A stretch of DNA of 64,000 bases from Escherichia phage p000y. Every line of letters begins with the position of its first letter. Positions within the stretch are counted from its first letter, which is position 1. Where the stretch lies: sequence record MK047718.1; one strand, given 5' to 3'. The position numbers and the translations under genes were made by a program. Below the pieces are notes generated by a model. It was not told where the DNA came from, did no database searches, and worked only from the letters and a program-made list of their open reading frames with translations. Positions 17,486 to 27,692 of the stretch are shown here, one piece after another.

Positions 17486-17568
17486 CCCATTTCTAATATA
17501 ATCTATTGGAACCCTCACTTCACTATCTCCTTGTGCCCCTCTCAAATCAAAAATATTTTCATAAAACA

Positions 17569-17597
17569 GTTTACATCCTCAATAGATGTGTTAAGAT
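17569..17597 (+). promoter_or_regulatory. Early promoter (GTTTAC, TAAGAT)
   Basis: GTTTAC 17569-17574, 17-bp spacer, TAAGAT 17592-17597. Confidence 0.45.
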
Positions 17598-17625
17598 TAA
17601 ACCATCTACTATAGAGGAAAATAAA

Positions 17626-17807
17626 ATGACAATTGAAGATAAAGAATTAAGGTCGACCAGTACTATTCTGTCAACGGTAATGCAGTACAGATAACCAGAG
17701 TTTCAAGCCTGGATGTTTGGTACCGTTCAATCAAATATCCAGAAATTGGTGAAATGCTTTGTGACCGTGGTATCTTCTGTTCAATTGCGAAGGAAATTAA
17801 GCCATGA
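17626..17807 (+). pseudogene. Small gene apparently split by a frameshift (ATG 17626 in one frame, 55-codon open continuation in another)
   Basis: RBS GAGGAAA upstream of ATG 17626, which stops after 22 codons at 17692; the frame starting at 17643 is open to TGA 17805-17807 and ATGA-coupled to the next gene but has no start codon. Confidence 0.35.
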
Positions 17808-18052
17808 TTAGTTTAGACTCAAAGAAAGTTGTTCTAACCCTTAAAGTTAATGACGAGCGACTGGTATTCATTACCATTTCCGATTTACATGTTGAAATTG
17901 CTAATGGCGTCCGTACTTATCAAACGACTAAAACACAATGGGATTATATCCCGATGTTGACGCTTACTCAGCGTTTAGAATCAATCGGTCTTAAAGACCT
18001 TTCAGTAAGTGAAGTGAATTTTATCAAACGTGTCGTATCAATCAACCTCTGA
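17804..18052 (+). CDS. Hypothetical protein, 82 aa
   Basis: ATGA-coupled ORF. Confidence 0.45.
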   Translation: MISLDSKKVVLTLKVNDERLVFITISDLHVEIANGVRTYQTTKTQWDYIPMLTLTQRLESIGLKDLSVSEVNFIKRVVSINL

Positions 18053-18059
18053 GGTACTT

Positions 18060-18353
18060 ATGGGTAAAACATATCGTCGTAAAGATTTGAAAGTTCGCGA
18101 TTACGACTATTTTGGTAAGCGTAAAGCTCCTGACGGTGTTAGCCACAAAGACATGGTTGAAAACATTTTCCGCTCAGATAAATGGAAACGTATGAAAGGC
18201 GTTGATTCTGAAGTCAAGAATGAAATGAATCGACAACTCCGCAAAGAAGTTCGTAAGTTGAAAAAAGATGTTTACAGTAAAGAAGAGTATGATTATAATA
18301 CTTCTCATACTGAAGCCAAACGTAAAGCTAACGAATGTTATCGTTACAGTTGA
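18060..18353 (+). CDS. Highly basic small protein, 97 aa
   Basis: RBS GAGG upstream of ATG 18060; Lys/Arg-rich. Confidence 0.45.
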   Translation: MGKTYRRKDLKVRDYDYFGKRKAPDGVSHKDMVENIFRSDKWKRMKGVDSEVKNEMNRQLRKEVRKLKKDVYSKEEYDYNTSHTEAKRKANECYRYS

Positions 18354-18360
18354 GGAAATT

Positions 18361-18495
18361 ATGAATATCAAACGAATGCTTTTTAAGCAGGGATTATATA
18401 CTTTAAATGTTAATCCAAAGGGTGATACAACTAAATGGTCTGTAAATGACTGGATTAAGTTCATCGATGAAAATGGGGCGTGGAACACAAAATGA
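18361..18495 (+). CDS. Small protein, 44 aa
   Basis: RBS GAGGAAA upstream of ATG 18361. Confidence 0.3.
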   Translation: MNIKRMLFKQGLYTLNVNPKGDTTKWSVNDWIKFIDENGAWNTK

Positions 18496-18692
18496 ATCCT
18501 GAAAATATTGTGTCATGGCAACTTCGTGAAGAACGTGCCGAATTCTTTGCCAATATGAAACTCAACGGTGTTGAGGATGAAGACTTTTTACGCTGGTTCT
18601 GGATTTACAAATACAAAGAATGTCAACATGCTGTGCTATTGACTTGTGCAGCTATGTACGAAGGCTGGAAAGGCGCTAAAAAGTTCGGTTAA
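18492..18692 (+). CDS. Hypothetical protein, 66 aa
   Basis: ATGA-coupled. Confidence 0.4.
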   Translation: MNPENIVSWQLREERAEFFANMKLNGVEDEDFLRWFWIYKYKECQHAVLLTCAAMYEGWKGAKKFG

Positions 18693-18755
18693 TAGTTTAC
18701 AATGGTAGGAAGATAATAACATGTCTTCCTATCGTCTTAAAATGAGGAAAATATC

Positions 18756-18995
18756 GTGGCCCAAGAATTAGATTTTATCAAATTCAAAAAACACCTCGAC
18801 GTTAAAATTGGGGATTCAATTGTTAGGATTGAGTATGACATTTTAACAGATGCTATTACTGTTAGATGTGATGGAAATAGTTTCAGCTTCGATACAACCG
18901 AAAACAAATACCCAATCTATAAAGGCATCTTTGATATGGGTGTTGATATTACTCCGCGTGATACAAATTACTTACTTTTCATGCTTAAAAAATAG
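18756..18995 (+). CDS. Hypothetical protein, 79 aa (GTG start)
   Basis: RBS GAGGAAA upstream of GTG 18756. Confidence 0.4.
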   Translation: MAQELDFIKFKKHLDVKIGDSIVRIEYDILTDAITVRCDGNSFSFDTTENKYPIYKGIFDMGVDITPRDTNYLLFMLKK

Positions 18996-19030
18996 TATAC
19001 AAACTCTTGAGAGATGAGTATAATTCTCTC
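18995..19030 (+). promoter_or_regulatory. Early promoter with stem-loop (PeSL-like), near-duplicate of 63962-63996
   Basis: GTATAC -35, TATAAT 19019-19024; GAGAGA/TCTCTC inverted repeat. Confidence 0.55.
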
Positions 19031-19061
19031 GTTGGATAATAAAATAACCGAGGAAAATAAT

Positions 19062-19394
19062 ATGTCTACTAAAATCAAAAACGTAGTTAATTCTTTCGCT
19101 TTCGATAAAGTTGTTACTCTTCTGGAATCCGGCAATATTGTTACTCCTCAAGTTCTTGACGCGTGGGAATTCCGTCTTTATGAAATCATGCAAAAACACG
19201 ACCAGAAAATTGGACGTAATTCTATTCGTGAAATTCTAGTACAATATATTCTTTCCGAATTTGACGTTGCTGCATTTGGTGTTGAATCTAAAGCTTATCA
19301 GAAACATGAAATCTCTGAAAAAACTATCCGTCGTATGAAAAATCAACGTAAGAAAAAATTCGCTGACTTGAAAATTGTTAAGGCGGTAAAATGA
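19062..19394 (+). CDS. Hypothetical protein, 110 aa
   Basis: RBS GAGGAAA upstream of ATG 19062. Confidence 0.45.
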   Translation: MSTKIKNVVNSFAFDKVVTLLESGNIVTPQVLDAWEFRLYEIMQKHDQKIGRNSIREILVQYILSEFDVAAFGVESKAYQKHEISEKTIRRMKNQRKKKFADLKIVKAVK

Positions 19395-19618
19395 GCGTAT
19401 TAACAGAAACTTTGATTAATGACCTGCGTCTAGCTGGTTACGAAGTTGGTACAAATAGTCTAGGTCTTCCTCAGATTGAAGGTCCTGGATTTATTCTAGA
19501 ATACGAATTCAAACAATGGTGGTTATATGCTACGGTTGACGATGCGTTGAATATTGATTTCGTTGACCAATTTGATTCGCTGGATGCTGCTCTTGAAGCG
19601 GCAAAGGAACTAGAATGA
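19391..19618 (+). CDS. Hypothetical acidic protein, 75 aa
   Basis: ATGA-coupled. Confidence 0.4.
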   Translation: MSVLTETLINDLRLAGYEVGTNSLGLPQIEGPGFILEYEFKQWWLYATVDDALNIDFVDQFDSLDAALEAAKELE

Positions 19619-19884
19619 AATTAACTCGAATCAGTATAACTGAAGAAAAGCTGGGCGAATTTTATGTTGACGAATACATGAAAGTCACGTATTTTCCATT
19701 CGTTAAAGGTGTTGGTTTTTGGGAAACTCATGTATCTCAATTAAACGAAGGCGACTATAACGAAACGCATGAGAACTTTTTAGATTTTCTTTATAATGCC
19801 GGTCTTACTGAGCTTTATATCGATATCCATGAGTTCAAACGTTTAATGGAAAAAGTATTCCAGGCTTATTGTTTGCTCCGATAG
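19615..19884 (+). CDS. Hypothetical protein, 89 aa
   Basis: ATGA-coupled. Confidence 0.4.
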   Translation: MKLTRISITEEKLGEFYVDEYMKVTYFPFVKGVGFWETHVSQLNEGDYNETHENFLDFLYNAGLTELYIDIHEFKRLMEKVFQAYCLLR

Positions 19885-19891
19885 TATCTCG

Positions 19892-19935
19892 TGCTTTAAG
19901 ATAGGTCTCTAAATATTATGATATAATAGACCTAT
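19892..19935 (+). promoter_or_regulatory. MotA-box (TGCTTTA) with downstream stem-loop and TATAAT, upstream of gene 55
   Basis: TGCTTTA 19892-19898; inverted repeat ATAGGTCT/AGACCTAT 19901-19935; TATAAT 19922-19927. Confidence 0.4.
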
Positions 19936-19956
19936 GAATTGAGCCAAGAGGTACTT

Positions 19957-20514
19957 ATGACTGAACAAAAACCTAAAAATAACTATGTGAATAATAAAGA
20001 GCTTCTCGCCGCTATAATCGAGTGGAAAAAGGAGCTCTTAAATAATAAAGACCCAAACAAAATTATTCGTCAGAATGATACCATCGGTTTAGCAATTATG
20101 CTTATCGCCGAAGGCCTGTCCAAACGTTTCAACTTTTCAGGATATACCCAGTCTTGGAAGCAGGAGATGATTGCAGATGGGATTGAAGCCTCTATTAAGG
20201 GACTTCATAATTTCGACGAAACTAAGTACAATAACCCACATGCATACATAACTCGAGCTTGTTTTAATGCTTTTGTCCAACGTATCAAAAAAGAACGTAA
20301 GGAAGTTGCAAAGAAATATAGTTACTTCGTTCATAATGTCTACGACAGTCATGACGATGATATGGTAGCGTTGGTAGATGAAACGTTTATTCAAGACATC
20401 TACGATAAAATGACGCATTATGAAGAATCCGCTTATAAAGCTCCTGGGGCTGAAAAGAAGGAAGTTGTTAGCGATTCGCCTAGTTTGGATTTTTTATATG
20501 AGGATGACAATTGA
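19957..20514 (+). CDS. 55: Late-transcription sigma factor gp55
   Basis: 185 aa from ATG 19957 (RBS GAGG); ...[13 protein letters not shown]...[50 protein letters not shown]... reads as T4 gp55. Confidence 0.9.
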   Translation: MTEQKPKNNYVNNKELLAAIIEWKKELLNNKDPNKIIRQNDTIGLAIMLIAEGLSKRFNFSGYTQSWKQEMIADGIEASIKGLHNFDETKYNNPHAYITRACFNAFVQRIKKERKEVAKKYSYFVHNVYDSHDDDMVALVDETFIQDIYDKMTHYEESAYKAPGAEKKEVVSDSPSLDFLYEDDN

Positions 20515-20713
20515 CATCTCTAACTACTTAGAAGAACCTTTTGACGAAGCAATCCCTTATTTGGTAAAACTGTTGGGTCGAGAATTTAAAATTAATTTTG
20601 ACATCGACCCTTTGAACCCGCATGACGTGTCATTTTCGATAAATGGGACTCCAGTTGAGTACGAGTTCTGTATTGAAGAGGACGGACGTTTTTATTTTAA
20701 TTTAATGAGATAA
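20498..20713 (+). CDS. Hypothetical protein, 71 aa
   Basis: ATG overlapping the gene 55 3' end. Confidence 0.4.
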   Translation: MRMTIDISNYLEEPFDEAIPYLVKLLGREFKINFDIDPLNPHDVSFSINGTPVEYEFCIEEDGRFYFNLMR

Positions 20714-20714
20714 T

Positions 20715-21038
20715 ATGACTACCGAGATTATTGAAAATAAAGAAGCAGAAGATGCAGTAGCTAAAATGCTACAAGAAATCCAAAAGAAAAATGAAGCTGA
20801 AGCACGTAAAAAATCCGAAAAGATTCTTAAAAAGAATCGTTTTGAACTAAACCGTCTTTATGCACATGCTCAAGAAGCAGCAATTCAAAACAACTTCGAA
20901 GCTTACGAATATGCTATTAAGAAATCTCGGGATATTCTACGACAACCGTATAATGACAAGTTAATTAAAATACAGTGGGTTACTACTCGTCAGGCTATTG
21001 AGGACATCATTAATGGCGCTAGTTCAAACAAAGTTTAA
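20715..21038 (+). CDS. Hypothetical protein, 107 aa
   Basis: ORF directly after the previous stop; charged helical translation. Confidence 0.4.
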   Translation: MTTEIIENKEAEDAVAKMLQEIQKKNEAEARKKSEKILKKNRFELNRLYAHAQEAAIQNNFEAYEYAIKKSRDILRQPYNDKLIKIQWVTTRQAIEDIINGASSNKV

Positions 21039-21219
21039 ACGTCTGAAGCTGAACGCAGGGTTCACCGTTAAATTGGGTGGTCCTCTTTGTGTTAAAATTT
21101 CTGAAAAGGAATATCACGACGGTTCTATTACAGAAATTTGTCCGCCTATTGTAAAGGCAGACCCAAAACAACTCGTGTGGGTTGATTCATTTCAAGTTAA
21201 GAAATGGTGGAAACGATGA
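21013..21219 (+). CDS. Hypothetical protein, 68 aa
   Basis: ATG 21013 overlapping the upstream ORF. Confidence 0.3.
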   Translation: MALVQTKFKRLKLNAGFTVKLGGPLCVKISEKEYHDGSITEICPPIVKADPKQLVWVDSFQVKKWWKR

Positions 21220-21258
21220 GAGAAATCGATTTAGGCATTTTCTGAGAGGTGCTTATGC

Positions 21259-21432
21259 ATGACGAACATCCCGACTTCTGAAAATTTCGATAAAATCCGT
21301 AAAGGCAAAGCAGAAAGAATGAGACGTTTTAAAGAGTCTTATGATAAAGCTAAAGCCGAAGGAACTATTACGTACAAGCCCATTCGATTTAAAAGTTCAA
21401 ATGAGCCTCTGTACGGTGTACTATGTGGATAG
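21259..21432 (+). CDS. Small basic protein, 57 aa
   Basis: Below the track cutoff; RBS GAGAGG; stop abuts the terminator hairpin. Confidence 0.4.
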   Translation: MTNIPTSENFDKIRKGKAERMRRFKESYDKAKAEGTITYKPIRFKSSNEPLYGVLCG

Positions 21433-21456
21433 GAACTCTTCGGAGTTCCTTTTTTG
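21431..21456 (+). terminator. Rho-independent terminator (UUCG tetraloop)
   Basis: AGGAACTC-TTCG-GAGTTCCT followed by TTTTT. Confidence 0.75.
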
Positions 21457-21478
21457 CTTTATAAACGGATGATAGAAT
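21456..21478 (+). promoter_or_regulatory. Middle promoter (MotA box GCTTTA plus TAGAAT) for gene 47
   Basis: GCTTTA 21456-21461, 11 nt, TAGAAT 21473-21478; same ...GGATGATAGAAT arrangement as the gene 39 promoter. Confidence 0.5.
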
Positions 21479-21501
21479 GAATTAACTAATGAGGAAATAA
21501 T

Positions 21502-22521
21502 ATGAAAATTTTGCACTTAGGCGACTTCCATATCGGAGTCAAACAAGACGACCCATGGGTTCAAGATATTCAACGTGATGGTATTCGACAAGCAATTGAA
21601 TACTCTAAGAAACACGGGATTAAAACTTGGATTCAGTACGGTGATTGGTTTGACGTTCGTAAAGCAATAACACATCGTACAATGGAATTCAATCGTGAAA
21701 TCGTTGATATGATTTCTAAAGCAGGCATTCACGTTCATGTCACGATAGGAAACCATGACATGGCGTTTAAGAATACAATAACACCTAACACTGTTTCTGA
21801 ATTGTTAACTCAATTTGAAAACTTTACTATTTACGAGCATCCAACTACTGTAGATTTTGACGGATGTCTGATTGATATCGTTCCATGGATGTGTGAAGAA
21901 AATACAGGTGAAATCTTAGAGCACATCAAGACTTCTTCTGCTGCGTATTGTGTTGGTCACTGGGAACTGAACGGCTTTTATTTCTATAAAGGAATGAAGT
22001 CCCATGGGCTTGAACCTGATTTCTTAAAGACCTATAAACAAGTCTGGTCCGGCCACTTCCACACAATCTCTGAAGCTGCTAACGTCAAATATATTGGGAC
22101 ACCATGGACCCTTACTGCAGGTGACGAGAACGACCCACGTGGATTCTGGGTATTTGACACTGATGTTGAACGTATGGAATTTATTCCTAATGAAACAACA
22201 TGGCATCGACGAATCACTTATCCATTTAAAGGCAAAATCAATTATTCTGATTATACTAATCTAGCCGTACGTGTTATAGTATCAGAAATTGATTCAGAGT
22301 TGACTAAGTTTGAATCTGAACTTGAAAAAGTAGTTCACTCTCTTCGTATGGTTTCTAAAGTTGATAACAGTGTTGAATCTGATGACGACCAGGAAATCGA
22401 GATTAAATCACTTCAAGATATCATTAAAGAATATATTGACGCGATTCCAGATATCTCAGACGAAGACAGAGAAGCGCTGGTCAAATATTCCAACGAACTT
22501 TATATTGAGGCAACACAATGA
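21502..22521 (+). CDS. 47: Recombination endonuclease subunit gp47 (Mre11-like)
   Basis: 339 aa; phosphoesterase motifs LGDFHIG, GDWFD, GNHD. Confidence 0.9.
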   Translation: MKILHLGDFHIGVKQDDPWVQDIQRDGIRQAIEYSKKHGIKTWIQYGDWFDVRKAITHRTMEFNREIVDMISKAGIHVHVTIGNHDMAFKNTITPNTVSELLTQFENFTIYEHPTTVDFDGCLIDIVPWMCEENTGEILEHIKTSSAAYCVGHWELNGFYFYKGMKSHGLEPDFLKTYKQVWSGHFHTISEAANVKYIGTPWTLTAGDENDPRGFWVFDTDVERMEFIPNETTWHRRITYPFKGKINYSDYTNLAVRVIVSEIDSELTKFESELEKVVHSLRMVSKVDNSVESDDDQEIEIKSLQDIIKEYIDAIPDISDEDREALVKYSNELYIEATQ

Positions 22522-22775
22522 CTTTAGATGAATTTAATAATGCTGGGCTCGGGCTTGAAGTTGAAATAGACGTTAAAGATGATGATGGATTCGAGAACAC
22601 TATCAAGTATTGGATTGAGCCATTACGCGTTGAAGGCAATGAAGTTAAAGCCGTTCATGTCTGTACCGACTGGGCTATTGAATTTAGCTTTAATATAATG
22701 GACAACGATACTCCTAGCTCTATTCTTAAAATGGCTGAAGCGTGTATTGAGGATGCGTATAATGACGAAGACTGA
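22518..22775 (+). CDS. Hypothetical acidic protein, 85 aa
   Basis: ATGA-coupled to gene 47. Confidence 0.4.
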   Translation: MTLDEFNNAGLGLEVEIDVKDDDGFENTIKYWIEPLRVEGNEVKAVHVCTDWAIEFSFNIMDNDTPSSILKMAEACIEDAYNDED

Positions 22776-23001
22776 CTATGAAATCCATCGTCACGAATTT
22801 AGTATTGGCGACGGTTATATTGGTATCGTTGAATGGACTGAGAATTACGAGGAATCAACTCCTCGTTTCTTTGGAACAATGTATGTTACCTGTGAGTACG
22901 CACCAGGTGTTGTTATGTATGCAGAACTAGATGAATATTTTGCTGATAGAGATGACATGTTAAAATATGTAGAGGACTTCATTCGAAGAGAATACATATG
23001 A
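22747..23001 (+). CDS. Hypothetical protein, 84 aa
   Basis: Overlaps its neighbours at both ends. Confidence 0.4.
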   Translation: MRMRIMTKTDYEIHRHEFSIGDGYIGIVEWTENYEESTPRFFGTMYVTCEYAPGVVMYAELDEYFADRDDMLKYVEDFIRREYI

Positions 23002-24686
23002 AATCATTTAAATTAAATCGTGTTCGTTATCAAAACATCATGTCGGTAGGTGGGAATCCTATTGATATCCAATTAGATAAAGTCCAAAAGACATTAATCA
23101 CTGGTAAAAATGGCGGTGGTAAATCTACGATGTTAGAAGCCATTACTTTCGGACTTTTCGGTAAACCATTTCGTGATGTTAAGAAAGGACAAATCATTAA
23201 TAGCACGAACAAGAAAGAGCTCTTAGTTGAGCTTTGGATGGAATTCGATGATAAAAAATACTTCATTAAACGTGGCCAAAAGCCCAATATTTTCGAAATC
23301 TCCGTTGACGGTGTTCGTCTTGATGAATCTGCCAGCAGTCGCGACTTCCAAGAAGAATTTGAACGTAGCATCGGAATGTCATACGCGTCTTTTAAACAGA
23401 TCGTTGTGCTTGGGACGGCAGGGTATACCCCTTTCATGGCTCTTAGCACCCCTGCTCGCAGAAAGCTTGTTGAAGACTTATTAGAAGTTGGAACACTCGC
23501 TGAAATGGATAAAATCAATAAGTCTCAAGTTCGAGAACTTAATTCCCAGGGGCAAGTTCTCGATGCCAAGAAAGATGGTATTATCCAACAAATTAAGATT
23601 TATAACGAGAATATCGAACGTCAAAAGAAATTATCTGGCGATAATGTAGCGCGTCTACAGAATATGTATGACGACCTAGCCAAAGAAGCTCGTTCATTAA
23701 AAGCAGAAATCGAAGAAGCTAATGAGCGACTACTTAATATCGTTCTTGATGAAGACCCTACTGAGGCATTCAATAAGATAGGACAAGAAGCATTCTTGAT
23801 TAAATCTAAAATTGACTCATATAACAAAGTTATTAAGATGTATCATGATGGCGGTACATGTCCTACTTGCGCATCACAGTTGCACCAGGGTGATCCTATT
23901 GTCTCTAAGATTACCGATAAGCTTCATGAATGTAATCACTCATTCGAGCAACTTACCTGCCACAGAGATAATCTGAGTGTCCTAGTGGACGAATATAGAG
24001 CTAATGTTAAGACTAAGCAGGACCTTGCATCTGATATTCGTACCAAGAAACAAGCAATGATTGCCACTATTGATAAAGCTAAGAAAGTTAAAGCTGCAAT
24101 AGAGCAAGCCTCGGCAGAATTTATCGACCATGCCGATGAGATAGCTTTGCTTCAAAAAGAACTTGATAAAATCATTAAAACAAAATCAGATATCGTTCTT
24201 GAAAAATACCATCGTGGTATTATCACAGATATGTTAAAAGATTCTGGTATTAAAGGTGCTATCATTAAAAAATATGTGCCTCTGTTCAACAAGCAGATTA
24301 ACCATTACCTTAAAATCATGGAAGCTGATTACGTGTTTTCTATTGATGAAGAATTCAATGAATCTATAAAATCACGTGGCCGTGAAGAGTTCAGTTATGC
24401 TTCATTTAGTCAAGGTGAAAAGGCACGTATCGATATCGCATTGTTGTTTACATGGCGAGATATTGCTGAAAAAGTTTCCGGTGTTAAAATCAACACGTTG
24501 ATTCTTGATGAGGTTTTTGATGGGGCAGTTGATTCTGAAGCTGTTAAGGCTATAGATACCATTCTTGGAAGTTTACAAAATACTAACGTGTTCATTATCT
24601 CTCATCGAGACCATGACCCTCAACGTTATGGACAACATCTTCAGATGAGTAAAGTTGGACGATTTACTGTGATGACTGTTTCATAA
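22998..24686 (+). CDS. 46: Recombination endonuclease subunit gp46 (Rad50/SbcC-like ATPase)
   Basis: 562 aa; Walker A GKNGGGKST, central coiled coil with CxxC zinc hook (CPTC), C-terminal LILDEVFDG. Confidence 0.92.
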   Translation: MKSFKLNRVRYQNIMSVGGNPIDIQLDKVQKTLITGKNGGGKSTMLEAITFGLFGKPFRDVKKGQIINSTNKKELLVELWMEFDDKKYFIKRGQKPNIFEISVDGVRLDESASSRDFQEEFERSIGMSYASFKQIVVLGTAGYTPFMALSTPARRKLVEDLLEVGTLAEMDKINKSQVRELNSQGQVLDAKKDGIIQQIKIYNENIERQKKLSGDNVARLQNMYDDLAKEARSLKAEIEEANERLLNIVLDEDPTEAFNKIGQEAFLIKSKIDSYNKVIKMYHDGGTCPTCASQLHQGDPIVSKITDKLHECNHSFEQLTCHRDNLSVLVDEYRANVKTKQDLASDIRTKKQAMIATIDKAKKVKAAIEQASAEFIDHADEIALLQKELDKIIKTKSDIVLEKYHRGIITDMLKDSGIKGAIIKKYVPLFNKQINHYLKIMEADYVFSIDEEFNESIKSRGREEFSYASFSQGEKARIDIALLFTWRDIAEKVSGVKINTLILDEVFDGAVDSEAVKAIDTILGSLQNTNVFIISHRDHDPQRYGQHLQMSKVGRFTVMTVS

Positions 24687-24688
24687 AC

Positions 24689-24721
24689 GCTTTAACACGA
24701 TGTGGTTATAATGACCACATC
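24689..24721 (+). promoter_or_regulatory. Middle promoter (GCTTTA, TATAAT) with stem-loop
   Basis: GCTTTA 24689-24694, 12 nt, TATAAT 24707-24712; inverted repeat GATGTGGT/ACCACATC. Confidence 0.5.
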
Positions 24722-24740
24722 AAATTAAATGGAGAACAAC

Positions 24741-24929
24741 ATGGAGTATTCAACCGGACAACATCTTCTTGTTGTCCCTGAAATTAAAAAATATGTTTTG
24801 ACCAATACGTTTTCAGGTGAAGAACATATTGTTACTGAACAAATGCTCAAATCTGCTTTTAAAGATGAGTATAATAAAATAATGTCTAATCGCAATTCCG
24901 CATGGACAGTTACTGACTTCTACGAATAA
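24741..24929 (+). CDS. gp45.2-like small protein, 62 aa
   Basis: RBS GGAG upstream of ATG 24741; size and position match T4 45.2. Confidence 0.45.
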   Translation: MEYSTGQHLLVVPEIKKYVLTNTFSGEEHIVTEQMLKSAFKDEYNKIMSNRNSAWTVTDFYE

Positions 24930-24941
24930 GAGAGAAATAAT

Positions 24942-25358
24942 ATGTTTACTACTGCTAAAGGTTTCACTGCTGCTGATCTGAAAGTTACTTCTATCCGTAC
25001 TGACGCTAACCCGCATAACCATAATCGTGTTCGTAAAGCATGGGTCCTGCATTGTGATGACGCAAGTGCTAAAAAGCTTCAATCTTTGCCACAAGAAACT
25101 CGTTTTATGATTTATGGTTTTATTGATAACGATGTATCTGATATGTGGATTCATCTGATGCGTAAGCACTATAAAGATTCTATTGAAGCCGGTGGAAAAA
25201 TCGTTCTTGATAAAGATGGTTCTGAGCGTCTGGAAGATTTCTACTGTGTTGATGCCGACGAACAATTAATTGCAGCTGGCGAAATTGTTGCTTCTAAAAT
25301 TCCAGAATATATTGAATCACTGCCTGAAGCTATTAAAAAGCAGATGGTTGCTGCATAA
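24942..25358 (+). CDS. rpbA: RNA polymerase-binding protein RpbA-like
   Basis: 138 aa; sits between 46 and 45 as T4 rpbA does. Confidence 0.5.
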   Translation: MFTTAKGFTAADLKVTSIRTDANPHNHNRVRKAWVLHCDDASAKKLQSLPQETRFMIYGFIDNDVSDMWIHLMRKHYKDSIEAGGKIVLDKDGSERLEDFYCVDADEQLIAAGEIVASKIPEYIESLPEAIKKQMVAA

Positions 25359-25400
25359 TAAATTTGTTATAAACTTTGAATTGTCTTGAAAGGAAATAAA

Positions 25401-26087
25401 ATGAAACTGTCTAAAGATACTATCGCTATTCTGAAAAACTTTGCCTCTATTAACTCCGGTATTCTGCTGAGTCAAGGTAAATTTATTATGACCCGTGCAG
25501 TTAATGGCACCACTTATGCGGAAGCAAATATCTCTGATGAAATTGATTTTGACGTAGCACTTTATGATTTGAATAGCTTCTTAAGCATTTTGAGTCTAGT
25601 GTCTGACGATGCTGAAATTTCAATGCACACTGATGGCAATATTAAAATTGCAGATACACGTTCCACAGTTTATTGGCCTGCTGCCGACAAGAGCACTATT
25701 GTTTTTCCTAATAAGCCAATTCAATTCCCGGTGGCTTCTGTGATTACTGAAATTAAAGCTGAAGACCTTCAACAATTGCTTCGAGTTTCACGTGGTCTCC
25801 AAATTGATACAATTGCTATTACAAATAAAGATGGTAAAATTGTTATCAATGGTTACAATAAAGTTGAAGATTCTGGCTTGACTCGTCCTAAGTATTCTTT
25901 GACTCTTACCGATTATGATGGTTCTAACAACTTTAACTTCGTAATCAATATGGCTAATATGAAAATCCAGCCAGGTAACTATAAAGTAATGCTGTGGGGA
26001 GCTGGTGATAAAGTTGCAGCCAAGTTTGAAAGCTCTCAAGTAAGTTATGTTATTGCAATGGAAGCCGATTCTACTCACGACTTCTAA
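25401..26087 (+). CDS. 45: Sliding clamp gp45
   Basis: 228 aa from ATG 25401; MKLSKDT.A.LKNFA.INSGI... reads as T4 gp45. Confidence 0.92.
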   Translation: MKLSKDTIAILKNFASINSGILLSQGKFIMTRAVNGTTYAEANISDEIDFDVALYDLNSFLSILSLVSDDAEISMHTDGNIKIADTRSTVYWPAADKSTIVFPNKPIQFPVASVITEIKAEDLQQLLRVSRGLQIDTIAITNKDGKIVINGYNKVEDSGLTRPKYSLTLTDYDGSNNFNFVINMANMKIQPGNYKVMLWGAGDKVAAKFESSQVSYVIAMEADSTHDF

Positions 26088-26120
26088 GTCAAAGCTTTAA
26101 GTTTATTGTGATACGATTAC

Positions 26121-26136
26121 GGAGGAGAAATCCTCC
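26121..26136 (+). promoter_or_regulatory. RNA hairpin between genes 45 and 44
   Basis: GGAGGA-GAAA-TCCTCC perfect stem-loop with no following T-tract. Confidence 0.35.
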
Positions 26137-26162
26137 AGTTTAATGATAATGAGGAAAATTAC

Positions 26163-27125
26163 ATGATTACTATCAATTCCAAAGAACACATTCTAGAACA
26201 GAAATATCGTCCTTCTTCCATTGACGAATGTATTCTGCCTGCGTATGACCATGAAACATTCAAGTCTTTAGTATCTAAAGGAAAACTTCCTCATATTATT
26301 TTACACTCTCCTTCTCCTGGTACAGGTAAAACAACCGTAGCAAAAGCATTATGTAATGATATCAATGCCGAAATGATGTTCGTCAACGGTTCTGATTGTA
26401 AGATTGATTTTGTGCGTGGTCCGTTAACTGCATTCGCTCGTTCAGTCTCAATGGAAGGCAAGCCGAAAGTTATTGTTATTGATGAATTTGACCGTAGTGG
26501 CCTTGCTGAATCACAACGGCACCTTCGTACATTCATGGAAGAATTCTCTAGTAACTGTTCTATTATTATTACTGCTAACAACATCGATGGAATTATTGAA
26601 CCATTACGTAGTCGTTGTCGAGTTATCGAATTCGGACGTCCAACCGAAGAAGATAAAATCTCGATGATGAAGAAAATGATTCATCGTATGGTTGAAATCT
26701 GTAAGAATGAAAATATCGAAATCGCTGATATGAAAGTTGTTGCAGCTCTGGTTAAAAAGAATTTCCCGGACTTTCGACGTACAATTGGCCAATTAGACCA
26801 GTACTCGTCTAAAGGTGTTCTTGATGCAGGTATTCTGTCTATCGTAACTAATGACCGTGGCACAGTCTCTGATGTTATCGAAGCAATGAAGAACAAAGAT
26901 ATCAAACAACTTCGTGCATTAGCTCCAAAATATGCTGCAGATTATTCATGGTTCATCGATAAATTAGTTTCAGAATGTTATGACCAAGTTGCACCTGGTA
27001 AAAGTATTATTTCGCTTTACGAAATTGCAGGCGAAAATAATAAGTTTCATGGACTAGCAAGTAATATTGAATTACATGTTATGTATATGCTTCTTCAACT
27101 GACCTGCGAACTGACTTGGAAATAA
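26163..27125 (+). CDS. 44: Clamp loader large subunit gp44 (AAA+)
   Basis: 320 aa; Walker [11 protein letters not shown], Walker B VIDEFD. Confidence 0.92.
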   Translation: MITINSKEHILEQKYRPSSIDECILPAYDHETFKSLVSKGKLPHIILHSPSPGTGKTTVAKALCNDINAEMMFVNGSDCKIDFVRGPLTAFARSVSMEGKPKVIVIDEFDRSGLAESQRHLRTFMEEFSSNCSIIITANNIDGIIEPLRSRCRVIEFGRPTEEDKISMMKKMIHRMVEICKNENIEIADMKVVAALVKKNFPDFRRTIGQLDQYSSKGVLDAGILSIVTNDRGTVSDVIEAMKNKDIKQLRALAPKYAADYSWFIDKLVSECYDQVAPGKSIISLYEIAGENNKFHGLASNIELHVMYMLLQLTCELTWK

Positions 27126-27126
27126 T

Positions 27127-27690
27127 ATGAACTTATTCGATGATGACGTCCAGCTTAACGAGCACCAAATTGCATGGAAGTCTAATGACGCTGATGCGAT
27201 TCAAAAATGTGCTGATATGTTTAAAGAAAAACCTGAGAATGAATTCTTTAAAATCATTAATGCTATTAATGAAAAGAAATCTATGTCAATTGCTCAGGTC
27301 GACTACTCAAAATTTATGGTTGAGAACTCATTATCCCAGTTCCCGGAATGTATGCCAGCCGTTTACATGATGAACTTAGTCGGTTCTGAATTAAGCGATG
27401 AAGCGCACTTCAACTATATGATGGCGGCAATTCCACGTGGCCGACGATTCTCTAAATGGGCTAAACTAGTCGAAGACACTTCAGAGTTACTAGTTATCAA
27501 ACTGTTGATGAAACATTACACAATCAACATGAATGATGCTACCGAGTATAAGCGGCTCCTTGAAAAAAATAACAAGTTGCCAATAGTCCTTAAAGAACTG
27601 AAGGCCATGGTCACTGATGAGTTTCTCAAAGAAGTTACAAAAAATGTGAAAGAACAAAAACAATTTAAAAAATTAGCATTGGAATGGTAA
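27127..27690 (+). CDS. 62: Clamp loader small subunit gp62
   Basis: 187 aa, immediately downstream of 44. Confidence 0.85.
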   Translation: MNLFDDDVQLNEHQIAWKSNDADAIQKCADMFKEKPENEFFKIINAINEKKSMSIAQVDYSKFMVENSLSQFPECMPAVYMMNLVGSELSDEAHFNYMMAAIPRGRRFSKWAKLVEDTSELLVIKLLMKHYTINMNDATEYKRLLEKNNKLPIVLKELKAMVTDEFLKEVTKNVKEQKQFKKLALEW

Positions 27691-27692
27691 AA

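Noticed and set aside
17521-17560. C-rich tract (CACTATCTCCTTGTGCCCCTCTC) in an AT-rich intergenic region
   Set aside because: Short, unique, and with no pairing partner or coding potential; probably an untranslated leader.
23030-23518. 162-aa reverse-strand ORF inside gene 46
   Set aside because: Antisense to a conserved essential gene; no start context.
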